Positions 4,488 through 6,701 of a DNA stretch of 6,701 bases are shown one piece after another. The position numbers and the translations under genes were made by a program. Position 1 is the first letter of the stretch, and the number at the start of each line of letters is the position of its first letter. The notes beneath the pieces are model-generated. The model was not told where the DNA came from and did not search any database. It saw only the letters and a list, made by a program, of their open reading frames with translations. The stretch lies in the IMG/VR virus record IMGVR_UViG_3300029805_000015, positions 1 to 6,701 of that record. One strand, 5' to 3'. The DNA comes from a virus.

Positions 4488-5630
4488 CTAATTAATTGCT
4501 TCACTAACCCTATTCATACCCATCGTAACCATGTCCTGGTTACGATCTTTTTTGCAATATGCATAACGAACAGCTTTCTTAACAGTAATCTTAACAAGGC
4601 ACTGGGATATATAAGATATTGAGCCGCCTAGTTTTTTGATCTGACGTGAATTTAAGTCAGTATAGCTAGATCCATATTCAACACTAAATACATAGCTCGG
4701 AGTAGCACCAAAGCTCATATTCGATGAAATGTATATAGAACCTCTCAACAACGGATGAGGATCATTTTTAACAACTTTAACTTTTTTAACCTTGAGCTTT
4801 TTCGCCTCATGCTCCGATCTAACAGATTTAACAGAGTCAGTATCAACCGTAGAAGCACTTTGAGGACCAAGAGAACCACGAGAACTTTTCGCATAAAGAG
4901 AACTTTCACCATTGATAAATTCATCGAAAAAATAGTATCCAACGGGTACTGTAACCAAAACAAATAAAACTAATAAAACAAGAGAACCCTTTAATGCATT
5001 AGCCCTACCATCTGCGCCACTTTCTTTACCTGCGCCTCCGTCACTTTTAGTATGACTTTTATAATATTGAAATATTTTAGGCTTATACTTTCCGGGAATT
5101 TGACGTAAAAGTGCGTGTTTCGGCGGTTTAAGTCCACTAATAGAACCTTGATAGACATCGATCCTAAAAGATTTAGAAAAACCAATGGATGACATTTTTT
5201 TAGATATATATGTAGTAGCAACTAAATCTCTAGCAAATGCACAAACTTGATTTAAACCCAGCGTAACAAAAACTATTTCTGTAGATCTGTTGTCTTTACA
5301 AACGAGATGTCTATGCTCTGCTAAAAACTCTTTATGCTGATCAACCATCGTTGTTGATTTAAGACCCGTAGGCCAAAGCCGCCACATCTCATCGACTATA
5401 AAAATGACACCTTTAGGCAAAATATCAATAAACCAATTTTCATCATCTAGAATGTCTTGAATATCAAAAAGAGTAATATCAGCATGAGGATAATCTCTAA
5501 GTATCACATCTAAATGCAAAGGGATGTTAGTCCAAATTTTTCTATCATCTTTAATAGCGTTAATAATAACGTTTTGTACAACACCGTAACTTTTGCCAGA
5601 ACCTTGCAAACCGCAATACGCTGTAATCAT
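4488..5630 (-). CDS. Zot / pI-family phage assembly NTPase
   Basis: 380 aa. N-terminal Walker A CGLQGSGKSYG, Walker B-like GVIFIVDEMWRLWP, and a single central transmembrane segment SLVLLVLFVLVTVPVGYYFF followed by a periplasmic C-terminal domain. This is the architecture of gene I / Zot proteins. It sits directly after the pVI-like gene with a 3-nt gap. Confidence 0.9.
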   Translation of the reverse strand: MITAYCGLQGSGKSYGVVQNVIINAIKDDRKIWTNIPLHLDVILRDYPHADITLFDIQDILDDENWFIDILPKGVIFIVDEMWRLWPTGLKSTTMVDQHKEFLAEHRHLVCKDNRSTEIVFVTLGLNQVCAFARDLVATTYISKKMSSIGFSKSFRIDVYQGSISGLKPPKHALLRQIPGKYKPKIFQYYKSHTKSDGGAGKESGADGRANALKGSLVLLVLFVLVTVPVGYYFFDEFINGESSLYAKSSRGSLGPQSASTVDTDSVKSVRSEHEAKKLKVKKVKVVKNDPHPLLRGSIYISSNMSFGATPSYVFSVEYGSSYTDLNSRQIKKLGGSISYISQCLVKITVKKAVRYAYCKKDRNQDMVTMGMNRVSEAIN

Positions 5631-5633
5631 AAA

Positions 5634-5921
5634 TTATCCTATTAACGGCAATCGTCTTATTAAAAATCGTAATCCGTAAGCTGAAAAAATAACGGATATA
5701 CCAAAACCTAGTTGAAACATATTAGAAAAATATATCATCGATGACGGAATATTGATAAAAAGTTGAGGCAAACTCATAGCCCAGTCAGGAACAGGTATTA
5801 AATCAAATAGGAATGAGAGCCCTTCTAACATCGATTGATAAAGAAATAGAAATAAACTTTCTAATAGATCTTTAAGCCAGGAAGCCATAGCTGATATTGA
5901 ATTAACTATAAAATCTAACAT
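5634..5921 (-). CDS. pVI-like minor coat protein (hydrophobic, 95 aa)
   Basis: ATG at 5921, 3 nt after the pIII-like stop (5925-5927). TAA at 5634-5636, 3 nt before the pI start. It is very hydrophobic, has a basic C-terminal tail ...GLRFLIRRLPLIG, and sits between pIII and pI as gene VI / ace do in known inoviruses. Confidence 0.6.
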   Translation of the reverse strand: MLDFIVNSISAMASWLKDLLESLFLFLYQSMLEGLSFLFDLIPVPDWAMSLPQLFINIPSSMIYFSNMFQLGFGISVIFSAYGLRFLIRRLPLIG

Positions 5922-5924
5922 TAC

Positions 5925-6701
5925 CTAAGCCCTCAAAATTATTACAATTCCAAAAATAACCCAAATAGCCGACATAGCAGAAGCCATCAAACCTGACATT
6001 GATGTGAAGATCTGACAATGAGCTTGTGTTGTTATAGATGTACCAAAAACTTGAAAATCAATTATTGGACAAGTGCCGCCCGTTGGCCAAGCCTGCGAGG
6101 CTCCTACAGACATTTGATAAATCGGTGCCTGAGTCAATCGATCGTAAAATATTGAATTTGTTTCAGACATCGTATTTGCTGTAAAAATACCAGGCGAGCT
6201 AAAAGACTGATTACCGAAGTCCAAGTCTCCGATACTTGTACCTGAATCTCCTGTGTCTGTTCCAGTGTCTGTTCCAGTGCCAGTACCTGTTCCGCTAGTT
6301 CCAGTTCCAGTTCCAGTTCCGCTATCGCCATTTCCAGTTCCGGAATCTCCACTTCCATCATCCGATCCATCACCCGATCCATCACCTCCATCATCACTTC
6401 CATCTCCACTTCCGTCTCCATTAGCATCAGTGCTAGTGCCAGGGCAACCCGGCGCGGTTGGAATGTAATAACAAATGATAGGAATATCTGGATCATCTTG
6501 TACAGATTCATGTTCAGGATCACTCAATCCATCAAAATCATCTAACACACCTTCCCCGTCAACTTCAGCACAAATGTCAGCGCAATTTCCAAAACAAACT
6601 ACAGTACAACCACCATCATCATTGCCAGGGTCTGGATTAGCCGCTGGATTATCTTCACCCCATTCACCAACTTTGCATTCGTTGCCTGTAAGATTATAAT
6701 C
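5925..6701 (-). CDS. pIII-like minor coat / adsorption protein, 3' (C-terminal) part; 6583-6701 duplicates 1-119
   Basis: The frame is open from the window edge to TAG at 5925-5927. It encodes a Cys-containing region, a long Gly/Asp/Ser/Thr linker (GDGSGDGSDDGGDGSGDGSDDGSGDSGTGNGDSGTGTGTGTSGTGTGTGTDTGTDTGDSGTS), a C-terminal domain and a membrane anchor AMSAIWVIFGIVIILRA. This matches the g3p domain-linker-anchor layout. Confidence 0.82.
   Translation of the reverse strand, partial: DYNLTGNECKVGEWGEDNPAANPDPGNDDGGCTVVCFGNCADICAEVDGEGVLDDFDGLSDPEHESVQDDPDIPIICYYIPTAPGCPGTSTDANGDGSGDGSDDGGDGSGDGSDDGSGDSGTGNGDSGTGTGTGTSGTGTGTGTDTGTDTGDSGTSIGDLDFGNQSFSSPGIFTANTMSETNSIFYDRLTQAPIYQMSVGASQAWPTGGTCPIIDFQVFGTSITTQAHCQIFTSMSGLMASAMSAIWVIFGIVIILRA
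6253..6385. repeat. Short tandem repeats encoding the low-complexity pIII linker
   Basis: GTGTCTGTTCCA x2 (6253-6276), a CCAGTT x3 run (6301-6318, extended by partial copies) and CCGATCCATCAC x2 (6362-6385). All are in frame with the Gly/Asp/Ser/Thr linker. Confidence 0.85.
6583..6701. repeat. Terminal direct repeat, right copy (identical to 1-119)
   Basis: See the left copy. It begins right after ...gtcagcg at 6582. Confidence 0.97.

Larger units (their letters stand above)
1..6582 (-). mobile_element. Complete circular filamentous-phage (Inoviridae-like) genome, one unit length of 6,582 bp; coding strand is the minus strand of the window
   Basis: There is an exact 119-bp overlap between the window ends. 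The gene order rep - ssb-like - small membrane protein - major coat - pIII-like - pVI-like - pI/Zot lies on one strand, tightly packed, with short regulators on the other strand. The size is typical of inoviruses. Confidence 0.85.

Noticed and set aside
4488-5195. Internal in-frame start in the pI gene producing a pXI-like protein, as in Ff gene I/XI
   Set aside because: The only Met upstream of the transmembrane segment (codon 146, KKMSS) has no Shine-Dalgarno and lies about 70 residues before the transmembrane segment. The sequence alone does not support the idea.
4745-5221. Three track ORFs (4745..4963 minus, 4755..4967 plus, 4991..5221 minus) inside the pI/Zot gene
   Set aside because: All are out of frame or antisense within a gene with clear Walker A/B and transmembrane architecture. 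Their Leu/Lys/Arg-rich peptides are typical of shadow frames in AT-rich coding DNA.
6134-6699. Track ORFs 6134..6523 (minus), 6253..6468 (plus, Pro/Ser/Val-rich) and 6475..6699 (plus)
   Set aside because: These are alternative-frame or antisense readings of the repetitive Gly/Asp/Ser/Thr linker and neighbouring pIII-like sequence. The lack of stop codons follows from the repeat composition and is not evidence of coding.
1-6701. CRISPR arrays, tRNA/rRNA genes, IS elements, toxin-antitoxin pairs
   Set aside because: I saw no spaced direct repeats, no cloverleaf-like or rRNA-like segments, and no transposase-sized ORF or terminal inverted repeats. The small plus-strand RHH genes have no adjacent toxin-sized partner.

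Overview
This window is a complete, circularly permuted genome of a small filamentous ssDNA phage (Inoviridae-like). Bases 1-119 are repeated exactly at 6583-6701, so the ends join into a 6,582-bp circle.

The replication and morphogenesis genes all lie on the minus strand in the classic inovirus order:
- a Rep_trans/RstA-like rolling-circle initiator (2168-3472, possibly extending to 3646)
- a small putative ssDNA-binding protein (1179-1469)
- a 76-aa membrane protein (949-1179)
- a 45-aa major coat protein that is absent from the ORF track (807-944), followed by a G/C hairpin terminator
- a 460-aa pIII-like adsorption protein cut in two by the window junction (725->1 joined to 6582->5925)
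- a pVI-like hydrophobic protein (5634-5921)
- a Zot/pI-family assembly NTPase (4488-5630)

Two small ribbon-helix-helix-like genes (1647-1814 and 1926-2078) sit on the opposite strand between rep and the ssb-like gene. They are followed by a 22-bp perfect inverted repeat (2094-2159).

The most unusual element is a 144-aa minus-strand gene (3903-4337) whose C-terminal half reads like the chromosome-organising protein MatP. Directly upstream of it lie four copies of a 13-bp palindrome, GTTACC[C/G]GGTAAC (4356-4486), which has the same length and skeleton as matS.

I found no secretin, integrase, tRNA, rRNA or CRISPR array. All homology statements come from reading the translations by eye and from memory of the families, not from searches.
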